Shown: one piece after another, positions 35,956 through 47,707 of the stretch
Layout: each line of letters starts with the position of its first letter
How positions within the stretch are numbered: the first letter of the stretch is position 1
Source of the DNA: Lama guanicoe
Lineage: Eukaryota
Assembly (NCBI GenBank): GCA_013239625.1
Contig: MU054001.1
Span: forward strand, 3,292,151-3,356,150
Direction: 5' to 3'
Length of the DNA: 64,000 nucleotides
The notes under the pieces: model-generated
The model's input: only the letters and a program-made list of their open reading frames with translations
Databases searched by the model: none
Told to the model about the DNA's origin: nothing
Position numbers and translations under genes: made by a program

Positions 35956-36834
35956 TGTTAATTATATTATCATCGTAATTATTAATATAATAATATATGT
36001 ATATATCATCTCAAACAGTCCCGAATAAAAATGAATTTACATTGCCAAAATGAAGGAATTATTTATGTGCATATATGTATATATGTGTTTGTGTATATCC
36101 ATATGGATATACTATCCCAAGCATTCCAGTAAAGGTAGATTATATATACATTTAAATGCATATCTATATATATGCGTGAATCTGTAAGTCAACAATATTA
36201 GCCAGCTGGTACTAAATTTGTTTAGTTCTGGAAGGAAAATTCTGCCAGGAACCTTGTGCGTGATTAGAGGAGGACCCAAGATGATTCTGATAATGGATTT
36301 GGTAGGCTTTACAAGGTGGAAATCCACACAGAGGGATCTGTCAATCATGATTTGTTACCGCTTTCTTGGAAACAAGCAGATTCTGCTTTTGTGGCTGGTG
36401 GGGACAATGCTGTGAGTCTCCCTACCCCACCTCCAAATTGTATCAGTTTCTCTATCTTCCTGTCTCCTGCTGCCAGCTGGGACAAGACACCTGGTGAAGA
36501 AATGGTCCCCAGGGAGGCCCACCAGGAAGAACCCTGAGGCTCATAAAACTGAACTGCCCTTCGTCTTCTTTCAGGACTGGAGAACTTTTTCTTCACAAGC
36601 AAAACTGCCAAGATGCAGTGATACTGCCGGGCTCCCCAGCGGGAGAGGCCTGCATTAAAAGGTTTACTTCACACCCAGGCACCTAAGTCAAACACTGAGA
36701 CATGTTCTTGGATTCAGAAATCATTTTTAGTTTATTTGATGGGACCTTGAATTTTTCTCCCGAGAAAGTAAGGAATCTATGGGGATTTTCACCATTAAAT
36801 CTGTAAAAATTAGCCTTTCTATAAATATTGTTTA

Positions 36835-37075
36835 AACATTAAAGGTTCTAGAATCAGGCTGCCCAGATTCTTAATGTTACTGGATTCACTAGCTGTGTGA
36901 CTTTTGGCAAGTTACTTAACCTCTCTGTACCTTACATTCTTCCTCTTCAAAATAAGAATAATAAAGTTATCTATTCATTCATAGGTCATGAGGAGTATAC
37001 AAGATTATGTTTACAAAGTGCTTCAATAATGTCTAGCATATAATAAGTGCTATCTATGCATTTGTTAAATAAAAC
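36835..37075 (+). mobile_element. MIR SINE
   Basis: cactagctgtgtgacttttggcaagttacttaacctctctgtacctt...tgtctagcatataataagtgct. Confidence 0.88.
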
Positions 37076-37444
37076 AATGTATAGAAAGAATAGAAAAACA
37101 CTCTGTATACATCGATTTATTGTATGATTACTTTCTCTATAAACAACAAGACAGTTTAAATTTCTTCACAGTAATCTAAGATTTATTTTCAAATACATTT
37201 AAGTAAAATATGGAGTCAATTTAAAGAAAGATAAATTATACAGGGGAGAGGTGCATGTGGTAAAAACATAAAGATGGTAGAGAAATTACTAAAGATCGAA
37301 AAACACTATTATAAGTGATTAGATGTGAGGCAAATTCTCAGATGTCTATCCCAAAGACAACCAAATGTGCACGGGGTTTTTTAGTTCTCTGTTAGCCTTG
37401 TCTCTATAACTTTGAATTTTTACATGAGATTTAGGATTAGGCTT

Positions 37445-37816
37445 TATTATGGACTGAATTTTGTCTCCCCAGAATCGTATGTTGAAGCCCTAAGCCCCCA
37501 TGGGAGTTGGAGACAAGGCCTTCAAGGAGGTGATTAAGGTTAAATGAGGTCATAAAGGTGGAGTCCTAATCCAATAAGACTGATGTCCTTGCAACAAGAG
37601 GCAGAGACACCAAGGTCATGAACACAGAGGAGAGGCCAAATGAGGATGTCAGGAGAAGGCAGTCACCTGCAAGCCAAAGAAAGAGGCCTTGCGAGAAACC
37701 AAACCTGCAGACACCTCAATTTTGTCTGGCCTCCAGATCTGTGAGAAAAATACATTTCTGTCATTTAAGCCACTCAGTCTGTGGTCTTATGAAGACAGTC
37801 TGAGCAGGCGAACATA
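37445..37816 (+). mobile_element. MLT1A/B MaLR solo LTR
   Basis: tatggactgaattttgtctcccc...ggaggtgattaaggttaaatgaggtcat...gtgagaaaaatacatttctgtcatttaagccactcagtctgtgg; 5-bp TSD ggctt/ggatt (1 mismatch). Confidence 0.9.
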
Positions 37817-38879
37817 GGATTATATGGGTGAAGGGAAGAGATTTTTTTTTCCAGAAAGTACTTTTTTCTATATTTAGAGAGAGCATTTGAATTAAAAAAA
37901 AAAACAGAGAAAAATAAGTGTGTATCAGAGACAACCACACAATTTCCAACCCTTTTTAACTACAACAGCACAACTAAGACTAGCTAAAAATGTACCGAGT
38001 ACTAAACCGGATTGGACACGGTTAGGGCTACACATACTGTGTTAGTAACAGAACTTGATTCTCCCTACAAATCCAGGAAGAAAATTTCTAGACATGTGAA
38101 AACTACAGCTTGGAGAGTTCAACAAGCTGCCAAGATCCTTCAAGAAGAAAGTGCAGAAATTGTACTTTGAGCTCAGGTCTTTCTGCCCCTAAAACCAGTG
38201 TTCTCAACCCCGATGGTGTTCTGCTGGCAAAATTGTCTAAACTCAAGAGGCTTTATGAAGGCCTCTTATAAGGAGTCTGGGGAACGGCCGAACCTCCAGG
38301 GGAGGCTGCCCAGAGCTGGTGGGTTCCGGGAAGGGCCCTTCAGCCATACTTTCAGGACCCGAGTCATTTTCCAAAATAGTCTCATTTTACAATGAACACA
38401 GTCTCCCCTGGAAGCAGCCAACATTGGCAGAGATAGAATAATTAGCATTTCAAAGTGTTCATTTCATTTTCCCCTTTGCCAGGGTGAGAACCACGGCAGG
38501 ACAAAAATGAGCGCCTCTTTTTTTCAGGTCCCAGCCTGGGAGGGATCTTCCCAGAGAAAACACCCCTGGCCCATTGTTGAAGCTGGCACCCCCAGACCGA
38601 CTGTGAAGGCTGGTCCCATCCTGGCTGAGCCAGCCCCAGTGACCACCCCGTGAGGGATGACTTATCAACACCATGACTCAGCCTTTCCCAACAGACCCAA
38701 TGGGTCAACTGTGGGACATTCCTTACGGGAATTAATGAGAGCACGATGCTGGTAATTTCGGCATTTGCAGATTACATTTAAATTTTTTAAAATTCCCTTT
38801 ATGGAGTTAAAGAATAGAGCCAACACATCCATGCAATGAAGGAAGGAAGAGATTTCCCCGAGTCAACAGAGAAGCCCAG

Positions 38880-39185
38880 AACCGTGCATTGGACACAGTG
38901 GCCACCAGCTACGCGGGGCTGTGAGCACTTGCAAAGGGGCGGGGCCCCCCTGCGATGCGCTATCACGAGTGTAAAATACACGCCGGACTTCAAAGACTGA
39001 GGATGGAGAGAGACCAAATGTCTCCTCATCATTTTTTATATTAATTATATATTGAAAGGTTAATATTTTGGGTATATTAGCTTGCATAAAGGGTATTACT
39101 AAAATTAATTCCACCTGTTTATTTCTTTTTGGGTTTGCTAACGTGGGTACTTTACATAGCTTGTAGGGCTTCCCTATCTCTCTAA
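38880..39185 (-). mobile_element. MER33 (hAT-Charlie MITE), GC-shifted in its left half
   Basis: gagcacttg...gtgtaaaatacac...tttttatatt...taatattttgggtatatt...aaaattaattccacctgttt. Confidence 0.85.
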
Positions 39186-39289
39186 GTCTTTCTCTCTAGT
39201 TCATCACCTTTTTATGCTCTCTCTGACACCTGTTGTCATCTGATACTCTCTTAAATCCGAGATAGCTAAATTCTTATTTGTTTGCCCCT

Positions 39290-39945
39290 GGGTTTCTGTA
39301 ACACCTACCTGAATATAAGGTCCCTGAGGACAGGGGCTCTACCTGTATAATCTGCTGCTTCACTCCAATACGCAGCACCAGGCACAAGACCAGCGCTCCA
39401 TACATCTTTCTAGGTTGCAGGAAGGAGGAAAGAAGGTACGGGTAGGAGCCCTTGCTCTGAAGCACCCTTGACCATCAGGTGAAACTGACCCCTTACCCAT
39501 TCATTGGGAATGTCTAAAGAACTCACAGCAGGAATAGAGTTTCACTTGGGCATAACATGTAGGCATAACATGGGGATGCAGTCCCTGACCTCAAAGAATT
39601 TTTTTAGTTTGATATCAAATTGCTTGCTTGTGGCTCCTCAGCTCAACCCACTCAAAAGTGGACTTATGACCTCCCCACTCCCTCCGCTGGCTTCTCTTCC
39701 ATCTCCAGAGGTCACCCAACTACTCAGTTACATGGGCAAGAGCACTGGGGGCCATCCTTGATTCTTCCTGATGATTCTACTTTTTAAATGTCTCTCAAAT
39801 CTGTCTCCCAGCCATTCTGGTCTAAGCTTTCATTACCTCCTGCCGACTGCACACTTTTCCTTTCCACACTTTTTGTTTCTTTGTAGACACCTTTGAATTT
39901 TGTCCATCCATGTTCTAAGCTACAATCAGAATGATCTTTCTACCC
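39290..39945 (+). mobile_element. L2 fragments (about 39290-39430 and 39615-39945)
   Basis: gaatataaggtccctgaggacagggg...gcaccaggcaca; gggggccatccttgattcttcc...aaatgtctctcaaatctgtc...agaatgatctttct. Confidence 0.55.
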
Positions 39946-40309
39946 CTAGCTATATTGAGGTGTAAATAACATACAATAAATTGTACTCATTCAAAGTATA
40001 CAATCTGGTAAGCTGTCAGGAAGGGCAAGGAGAGCGCCTCCACCCTCTGGGACATCATAGCCCTGACAAGACAGGAGGGAAGTGTCTAAGGAGGTAATAA
40101 TTCTGCCCACATGCGTGAGAGGGTGAAGCTACTACAGATGGAAGGAGGCTGGTAAGCTAGGACCTTGAGGGATAATGTTGTGTGGGGAAAGGATGGCCCT
40201 GATTTGCCTTTAAAGATGTCTGGTTCTCAAAAGAAACGTCCTCTCTTTTCTTCCACTGTCTCATGGCTCAAGACCCATCTCAGGGCTCACCTCTTCTGGA
40301 ATAAAACAG

Positions 40310-40550
40310 AATGATGAAAATACACTCTCTGGCAGCTGAGATTTGAATTTAAATCTCAAGTCCACTGTGTGACTTTGGGCAAATTATTCAGCCCCTCTGT
40401 GTCTCAGTTTTCTTCTCTCCAAAACAGGAATGAGAGGTACCACTTAGGATTATCGAGAGAATACATAACATAACGCATGGAACATGTCTTCAGCAGTGCC
40501 TGATGCAAAATCAGCTCTCAATAGACATTAGTTAGTAATTACTGTTGCTA
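40310..40550 (+). mobile_element. MIR SINE
   Basis: ctgtgtgactttgggcaaattattcagcccctctgtgtctcagttttctt...cagtgcctgatgc...gctctcaatagacattag. Confidence 0.8.
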
Positions 40551-40759
40551 CTCCCTCAGCCACGCCTCCTCCCTGGTGAGGTGGCTCAGAAAACGTGGTC
40601 CGCCTTGTCTAATGTTGTCATGTGAGCCTAACAGTCTCCTTAGAGGAGCCCTTCTCAAGACCCCTCTTCTCTATTTTTTAAAACCCTCTTGCATTCTGTA
40701 GGGCTCTGTGTGGATAGCTCCTCATCTGTCTCCCTAACTGATCATTTCCATTGACTGGA

Positions 40760-41690
40760 ATATTCTGATGGCAAGTATCATAATACTTAATTTAAATTTG
40801 CTGATTCAGTAAAAGGCATTTACTGGTTTTATAACCAAAGAGTTAATATTTGAGAATGCTAGCACATGAGGTTTGATCCACCAGCTCAGACTTATTTCCA
40901 GGAATACAGATTGGGTTGGCTTTTTTTTTTTTCCTTCTATTTTTCTGCCTTACCTTCTATGGTGTAGGTTTATTCCTAAGGGTTGTGTTAAAGAAAACAA
41001 AATTATTCTGGCCCTTGTTAAAACAGTAAGGAAAACTTTATTCAAGACTATTGAAATAAGACCATTATCACAGGGAGAGGGATCAGGTTCAAATCTGAAT
41101 ACAGCAAGGTCAAGTGAGGGTTTATAGTCAAGGAGCAGGATGAGGGGATCCAGGGATAGAAAATTACTAGGAGGAGACATCAAGGGTAGGGGAAGTCTTG
41201 CTAAACTGACCTGACAGGGTTCTTGTTAAAGGCAAGCTAAGGACTTAGGCATCCAAGGTGAGGAACTTGATCAGATACCAAGTATGATCACACATCACAT
41301 AGGGTCGGGGAGAATGCCTTAGCAGAATTCATGCTAAAACTGCTGGGCAGGGCAAAGATAGGATGGGGGCCAAGGCTGAGGTTGAGCTGAAAAGAAGGCT
41401 CAGAAGAGTCTGTCTAAATTTGGTCAAGGTCAGTCTTTGTCAGGGGGACTTCTTGTGGTTTAAGATGGTTGCCAGTGGCTCCTTAGTCTATGTGCTGCTT
41501 GTCCAAATCCAGCAGAAAAGTCAAAGTTGACTTCTGTGTTTTGAATTTCCAGAAAAAGCTTAAAGAATCATTGACTGGACCAGCCTAGTCATGTGGTTGG
41601 CATGTGCTGGTTGGATTAGCACAGCCATGTGTTCCACCGTCCTGGGTTAGGAAAGAAAGTGATATCTTTTAAACCCTGGAGATCCCCCCC
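40760..41690 (-). mobile_element. Old MLT1 (J/K-like) MaLR LTR split by MER31
   Basis: catttactggttttataacc...ggtttgatccaccagctca | taagatggttgccagtggctcc...cattgactggaccagcctagtcatgtg. Confidence 0.55.
40986..41442 (-). mobile_element. MER31-like ERV1 solo LTR
   Basis: tgttaaagaaaacaaaattattctg...ctttattcaagactattg...ttgctaaactgac...ctaaatttggtcaaggtcagtctttgtca; TG..CA ends, TSD degenerate. Confidence 0.85.
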
Positions 41691-42439
41691 GAAAAAAATT
41701 GAGGCTCAGGTTCACCCCAAAATTTGCAGTTCCCCAGGGCAAGAGTATCGGTGGAGGCCCACAATCCATATATATAAATATTTCAAAGTTATAAAATAAA
41801 CTAAGCAACTGCTAAAGAAACTAAGTTCTCTCCTCCTTGGCGTTACCACATTAAATAAAGGAGTCTTGAACTCCTATTTGCCAAATCTGGCAACCCCACT
41901 TCTCCCTTGACAAATGAACCTACATGGGGACAAAATGGAAGATTTGGGGTGATTTTACTTTGTGAGGCCCTTCCATGTCACAAAAGAAGCAGGAAGTGGC
42001 TGCTTCTCATTCCTGGGGATAACATTTTTGTCATGCAAAAATTGGCTGCAACTGAGAAGAGGTTGATAAGCTATTAAGTCTTTTTTTCTTACCTAAAAGC
42101 TTCCATGGCTGAGTCCTCCTCAGCCCCCAAAGCAGCGTCCATCTCTAACTTCAGCAGTGGGACAACCCCACAACCTTCCATGGCATTCAAGCCCAGGTGC
42201 CTTTTGTTTTGAGGAAACAAGGCTAGAAGTGGAGAAGCATTTTCCTGGAGCTTGAGTGGAATTAGTCACGAAAGCAGATGTTTGGGTCCGAAGTTGGGCT
42301 TTGCCCTGGCTAGGCAACCAATCCACATGGCAGAGGCAACCCTGTGTTCTTTAAGAGGTATATTTTTGTGCATATGTTTGTGATATTCAGGACTCTCAAA
42401 AGCCTGGGGCTTGGGGTGGGGGCCCAGGTCTAAGGGCAT

Positions 42440-42810
42440 CACCAGTCCTTTTCCTTCTGGTCACATGTACAGCTAGACCACCTCCCAGTCCCTTTGGGCT
42501 ATGTTACTGAATTGACAGCTGGTGAATGCAAGCTACTTCTAGACCTGGCATGTAAAAGCCTCCCACACTATCCTTTGCATCCTCTTCCTGGTTCACTGGT
42601 TAAATGGTGAGAATTCTAAAACCCTAGAGAAGGATGGAGCCACAGATGCAATAAGCTTCAGTCCCTGAATGACTGCGTGGAGCAGAGCTTCCCCCCAACT
42701 TCCACTTGGAATTGGATTTTACTTGAGCAAGAAATATATTTCCATTATGTTAAGCCTCTGAGATGTTGGTTTTCCTCTGTTACAGCAAATAGGACCCGAC
42801 TTAACTTACA
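42440..42810 (+). mobile_element. MLT1J/I-like MaLR LTR
   Basis: ggatggagccacagatg...gtccctgaatgactgcgtggagcagagc...tgagcaagaaata...tatgttaagcctctgagatgtt...tgttacagca...ttaca. Confidence 0.8.
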
Positions 42811-44149
42811 TAAGGGCTGACGGGAAGGGGTACAGAAAGAATGTTTGCTGGTGAGGTAACTAATGCCTACTGCAATGACCTTCAAATAGCTCTGAGGCAA
42901 ATAGTTCCGTAGTCATGTGACACTGCTTCCCGGATTCCTGGCTGTGTCATCGCAGGTTTTTATGCATTGCAAAATGCAGAACAATTCAACTTAGAGCCCG
43001 TGTGGTTTAATATAACGTGCCTAACACAGCACTCTGCCCACGTGACTTAGAGCATTGGCATGCAAAGAATCCAGGACCTGGGATTGATTTTCCAATGCCT
43101 GGATGTCATATTCTTATCAATATGATTTTCAGCTGTGTGCTAAAAAAAACCAATAGTATAATAAGTGGCTATAAAAACGTCAATGTGGGCCCACAGTTAA
43201 GTCTTGATGGGTGACGCAGCTTGTTGCTTAAGATGCCATCAGGTCAACAGCCCCTCTTTCTAGGGCAAACACAGAGAAGCCTTCTCCATAACCACAGTGT
43301 CAAACAACGGGGTTTGAAATATTGGGGGGAAGGGGAGTATAAGGTAAGGGTTTCCTTAAAAGTTCATAAGGATGAAGTTTAAAATGCATTTAAAAATTAG
43401 GCGTATCTTGAGTTAGGAAATCTAACTAAATAGGTGGGGGAGTCAGTTTAGATGGAGAGGGAGTCACTGAGAGATGACAGTGACACAAAACTGTTGATGT
43501 GGCTGCCAGGACAGGATAGTGGGAGGGAAAAAATTGGACTTTATAATAGAAGCTTCTAAATCACCTACACGTAACTGACTTATCAGGTAACTGATGCTGT
43601 TCACCTAGTTTCCAAAAAAGACCGACATGCCCACAGGATGTCAAGCTTACAGAGCTAGCAGCCTCATTCCTGACACGCCTGGCACTTTGATGGCCACCAG
43701 TTGAGCTTCAGGTTTATTGGGAGCCACTGTGTAAGCTTCCCAGACTCTTTGTCAATTGCATTTGTTATCCTCATGCCATTTACAGATAAAGTGATGAAAT
43801 GAATATTTAAAAATGAAACAAAAGCAAATAAAAATGCATAGACTAAACTCCTGGTGGGTGAGAACTATGGGAGCAGGGGAGGCAGTCTTTGGCCAGAGAA
43901 CAGTATCAAGAGACAACAGGATGCTGAATGGTAAAAATCTTGGGAAATTTGTAGTAATTTGGAGAGAAATGTGTAGGTTTATGTGTTTCAAGGAGAAATA
44001 GCAGAAGTGTTGCATGAGAATAAATATATCAAGCCAATAGGTATGAATTGGTCCTGCATGTGGAGATTTTAGGTCTCTATTTTCTTTATATTGTCTGGCT
44101 CATGTGAACACAGTAATAACACGGCTAAGGGGGATGATGAGGACAAGGA

Positions 44150-44888
44150 GGTATCACCTTCCCAGGGAAGCCCTTCCTAATTACACCCTGTGGTTAGATT
44201 TTGCCTCTTCTAGGATAAGTTGCTGACCTTTATAGAATGAATCTGGCATGGTCCATTTTATGTGTGAGCCTCCCACTATGGAAGGCTGGTACAGTGCCTT
44301 ACATAGCTCTGTTTTCCTGTAATAGGGAAGAACAAGTCTGACACCATATTGGATCTGTTTCTTTTACTTTAACCTCTGCATTCTATTCCTTTTGCTACAG
44401 GTTAATCACTAAAGGGGTATTGCCTATAAGCTTAAATTATGACTAATAGCCCATGTCTGGGAACCCTGCCTCCCAGGTAATGAGCATTAAGCTTAAATAT
44501 CTTTGTTGAGCTCACAGGAAACATCCTGACCAGGCCCACCTGTGAATGACTATAGGCAGGAAGAAATGAACATATCCCCACAGGAGGCTGACCGGAATCA
44601 GGAAATGTTTGACGTTATTCCCTCCCCTTTTAGTATAGAGGAAGCTTGAATTCTAACTCAGGCAAGATGGTTCTTTGGGACACTAGTCCACCATCTTCTC
44701 AGTTTGCTGGCTTTCTGAATAAAGCTGCTATCCCTTGCCCCAGCAAGCATCCCTTGATTTGTTTATTGGCCTGTCATGCAGCAAGCAGTGCAGACTTGGA
44801 CTTGTAACATTCCCAATATCCCTTGCTCTCCCTGGCACATAGTGTCCAACCATAACTTGCTGAATTGAATGCAAGGGGAATGAATGAT
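44150..44888 (+). mobile_element. L2 3' fragment split by an LTR
   Basis: atcaccttcccagggaagcccttccta... | ...cctggcacatagtg...ttgctgaattgaatg. Confidence 0.6.
44318..44809 (+). mobile_element. MER41-like ERV1 solo LTR (cetartiodactyl type)
   Basis: tgtaatagggaagaacaagtctgacaccatattggatc...ctgaataaagctgct...ttattggcctgtcatgcagcaagcag...ggacttgtaaca; perfect 4-bp TSD TTCC (44314-44317, 44810-44813); AATAAA present. Confidence 0.88.
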
Positions 44889-46129
44889 GAAATATGTACG
44901 AAGAGGGGGCTACTCTTTATCAGCCTTTATCAGCTTTTAAACAATGTTCTCTTTTGATAACATTAACATCCTGCATTTCACCTCTTTTACATCTTGAGGT
45001 CCTGGGGTGCCCCTCCCCCAGAATTGTCCTGGTTGGCAGAAAGATGTAGACATTTCTCCACCTGTCAAAATGATTTTCAGTGTTTCTCTGTGGGTTTTGT
45101 TTCAGGAAAGCAAAAATGTTCTCCTGCCCTTGCTGTACAATTAAAACAACAAATATTGTTTCAGACACCCACTTCCCCAGATTCTGATCTGCCCCCATCT
45201 CCCAGAAGGTGGTATCTTCCCCTCCCCCGGATTTGAGAGTTTCTACTCCAGTTAATCTCTGAACCCTTTTACAACCCCAAATTCTGTGAGCCAGTTTGTT
45301 GCCAACATTTGGTCAGGGGATGAATGGGAGACGAGAGGGATTTAAAAATATATCTGGCAGCTTTGTTCTTAAGCTGGTATTGGTGCCATTGTGTTTCTGG
45401 AGAGGTTTTGTGGTCCGATTTTGATTATTTGCTACTTTTGGCAACTGTCGAGATGTTAGATCTCATATTGTTTCTATCATTTTTTACAGTTTCTTGTTTA
45501 ACTCTTTGCTGACAGAACTTTCTAGATTCACATCAAGATCAGATATTTTTTAAACAGAAATGTGTTTCCTTTTGACCCCAGCCTCACCTGGCAGGACCTG
45601 ACTCCAAGTTATTGGACAACACCCAACCTCTGCTGTGTGTCAGTGGACTGGAGTGGGCTGTGCATGGTCCACGTGATCTCATAAACAGGAAAAAAGACTT
45701 GATGGCACCTAAAGAAGAAAGAGAATTAAAACCCCTACAAGTAGGACAAATTAATGTATGTAGGTTTTATAAATCTTCATTCAACCCATTCAATACTTCT
45801 CCTTTAAGACCTGACCCTACAAATTTCTCTCCAGATGATTACAGATTTCCCAAGGTTTTCACCATTTGGCATCTGGTTTTCTGTTGATACTCTCCTCTGG
45901 CCAAAGACCATCTCCTCTGCCCCCATACTCCCCACCCACCAGGAGTTTAGTCTATGCATTTTCAAACTTCATCCTCAGGAACTTTGAGGGAAACCCTTCT
46001 TTCCACACTCTCCTCCTCCCAAAATACATCAAATCCAGTTCTTTGAGACAGGGGGAAAGGATGAAGGTTTCTCTGCATTTGCCCTAAAAAGAGCTACTAC
46101 TGACTTGACAGTGTGTCAGGTCACAGGCT

Positions 46130-46634
46130 ATGTTACCTCTCAGAGCTTCACTGGCCCCCAGTGATCACTGTCTGCTGATTCTGTGTAATCCCTTCCCCTT
46201 GAGTGAGGGGTGAGCCTTGTGCTCACTTCTAAAAGAAAAGGCTACAAATACAGCAAGAGTCATGAGATGTCACTTCCAAAATTAGGTTACAAGAAGATTC
46301 TGGTTATCACTTCTCCCTCTTGCTCCAGAGGAAACAAGCTGCCATGTTATGCATAGCTCTATGGAGACACCCACGTCCCAAGGCCAACCAACAGCCGGTG
46401 AGGACCCAAAGTCTGCCATGTGGGTTCTTCCCCAAGTCCACTTTTGAGATGACAGCAGCCCTGACTGATTTTTTGATTTCGGCCTTGCAAAAGGCCCCGA
46501 GTCAGAGATATCTTGCTAAGCTGCATCAAGATTCTTGACTGCCTGTCCCTACAAATTGGTAGGATTACAAATGTTTGCTGCTTGAAGCCACTACATTTTG
46601 ATAATTTGTTATGCAGTGATCGATGACTAATACA
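46130..46634 (+). mobile_element. MLT1E/F-like MaLR LTR
   Basis: tggcccccagtgatc...tgtaatcccttccccttgagtg...gatgtcacttccaaaattaggttaca...ttgaagccactacattttgataatttgttatgcagtgatcgatgactaataca. Confidence 0.85.
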
Positions 46635-47612
46635 GACTTCTAACAAGTATTGCAAGGAAGAAATTGACCATAAGAACCCATATGAATCTCACCCAAGATT
46701 ATATCCTTTGGGATAAATAAGACAACTTGGGATCCTAATAAAATTCTACAAATCTTTATCTTCAGAAGGGAAAAGAGAGGGTCCATGCATCATCTCACCC
46801 CTGGATCCCCATCCAGACACCCAGAGTAGCCCCTTCGCAGTGGTGGTGACCCATGTTCCCATCCCAGAAGATGACCTGTAAGAGATAGAGCACTGCGGAG
46901 GGATGGGGCTGCATCTGGGTTTTTCCTTTATAGCTCTCATTTTATTGCTGGAAACATTTTCTTTTTCACATTGAAAGATTTAGAATCTCCCCCCAAAATG
47001 TGTGTTTGAAACTTCCCCTCACTCTCTCCCCCGGAGATGATCATCCCTTATCTTTTAGAAAATATTTTCCTCCCCAAGTGGTCACCCTCCAGGGACAAGG
47101 AGATGTCAGGGCTTCTTGAAATTCTGGGGGGCTTTCCCCATCCACACCTTCCCACAGGTGACTCTTGTCTGGAGCAAGACTCAAATGGAAAAAAGCTTCA
47201 CTAAAAATAACTGACAGTGCTTGGAACTGGGCCGCACTGAGTGCAAACTTGAAATCTGGTCTGGGAAAAGAATGTGATAGGCGAGTAATATAAATGAGTA
47301 GATTCTTAGGTAATACTACAACCTTAATAAAAGAATTCTGGAGTTGTATCATGATTAACACTGAACCCGCTCTCATACGGATTCCTGGAACAGCACCCAG
47401 CACCGAGCCTGGCACAGACCAGGGATTGATCTAGTATTTGTTGAATAAATGAATGAATAGAACTTATATGGATTGCCCCTTTTACAAGGAATTAGAACAT
47501 GAAAAAACATTTTACCCTAAAATGCTACCAAGCAATGTAAAAACCTATTTGGTACAGAAATGGCATGAAAAGTCACAGATACTTTAATAAGCGTTCTGAA
47601 GTAGTGTTATAG

Positions 47613-47707
47613 TGGGGAGGGTATAGCTCAGTGGTACAGTGCATGCTTAGCACACACAAGGTCCTGGGTTCAATTCCTAGTACCTCCAGTTAAAAAAAAA
47701 AAAAAAA
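47613..47707 (+). mobile_element. tRNA-derived SINE of camelid Vic-1 type
   Basis: ggggagggtatagctcagtggtacagtgcatgcttagcacacacaaggtcctgggttcaattcctagtacctcc plus poly-A; Pol III A box TAGCTCAGTGG and B box GGTTCAATTCC; 15-bp TSD gaagtagtgttatag/gaagtagcattatag. Confidence 0.9.

Noticed and set aside
10884..38446. Recurrent TAATTAGC/GCTAATTA (10884, 22347, 24986, 29651, 34299, 38439)
   Set aside because: Six seen against roughly three expected from base composition; not significant on its own.
47614..47687. Possible tRNA gene
   Set aside because: Has A and B boxes but also a poly-A tail, TSDs and an imperfect acceptor stem, so it is a tRNA-derived SINE.
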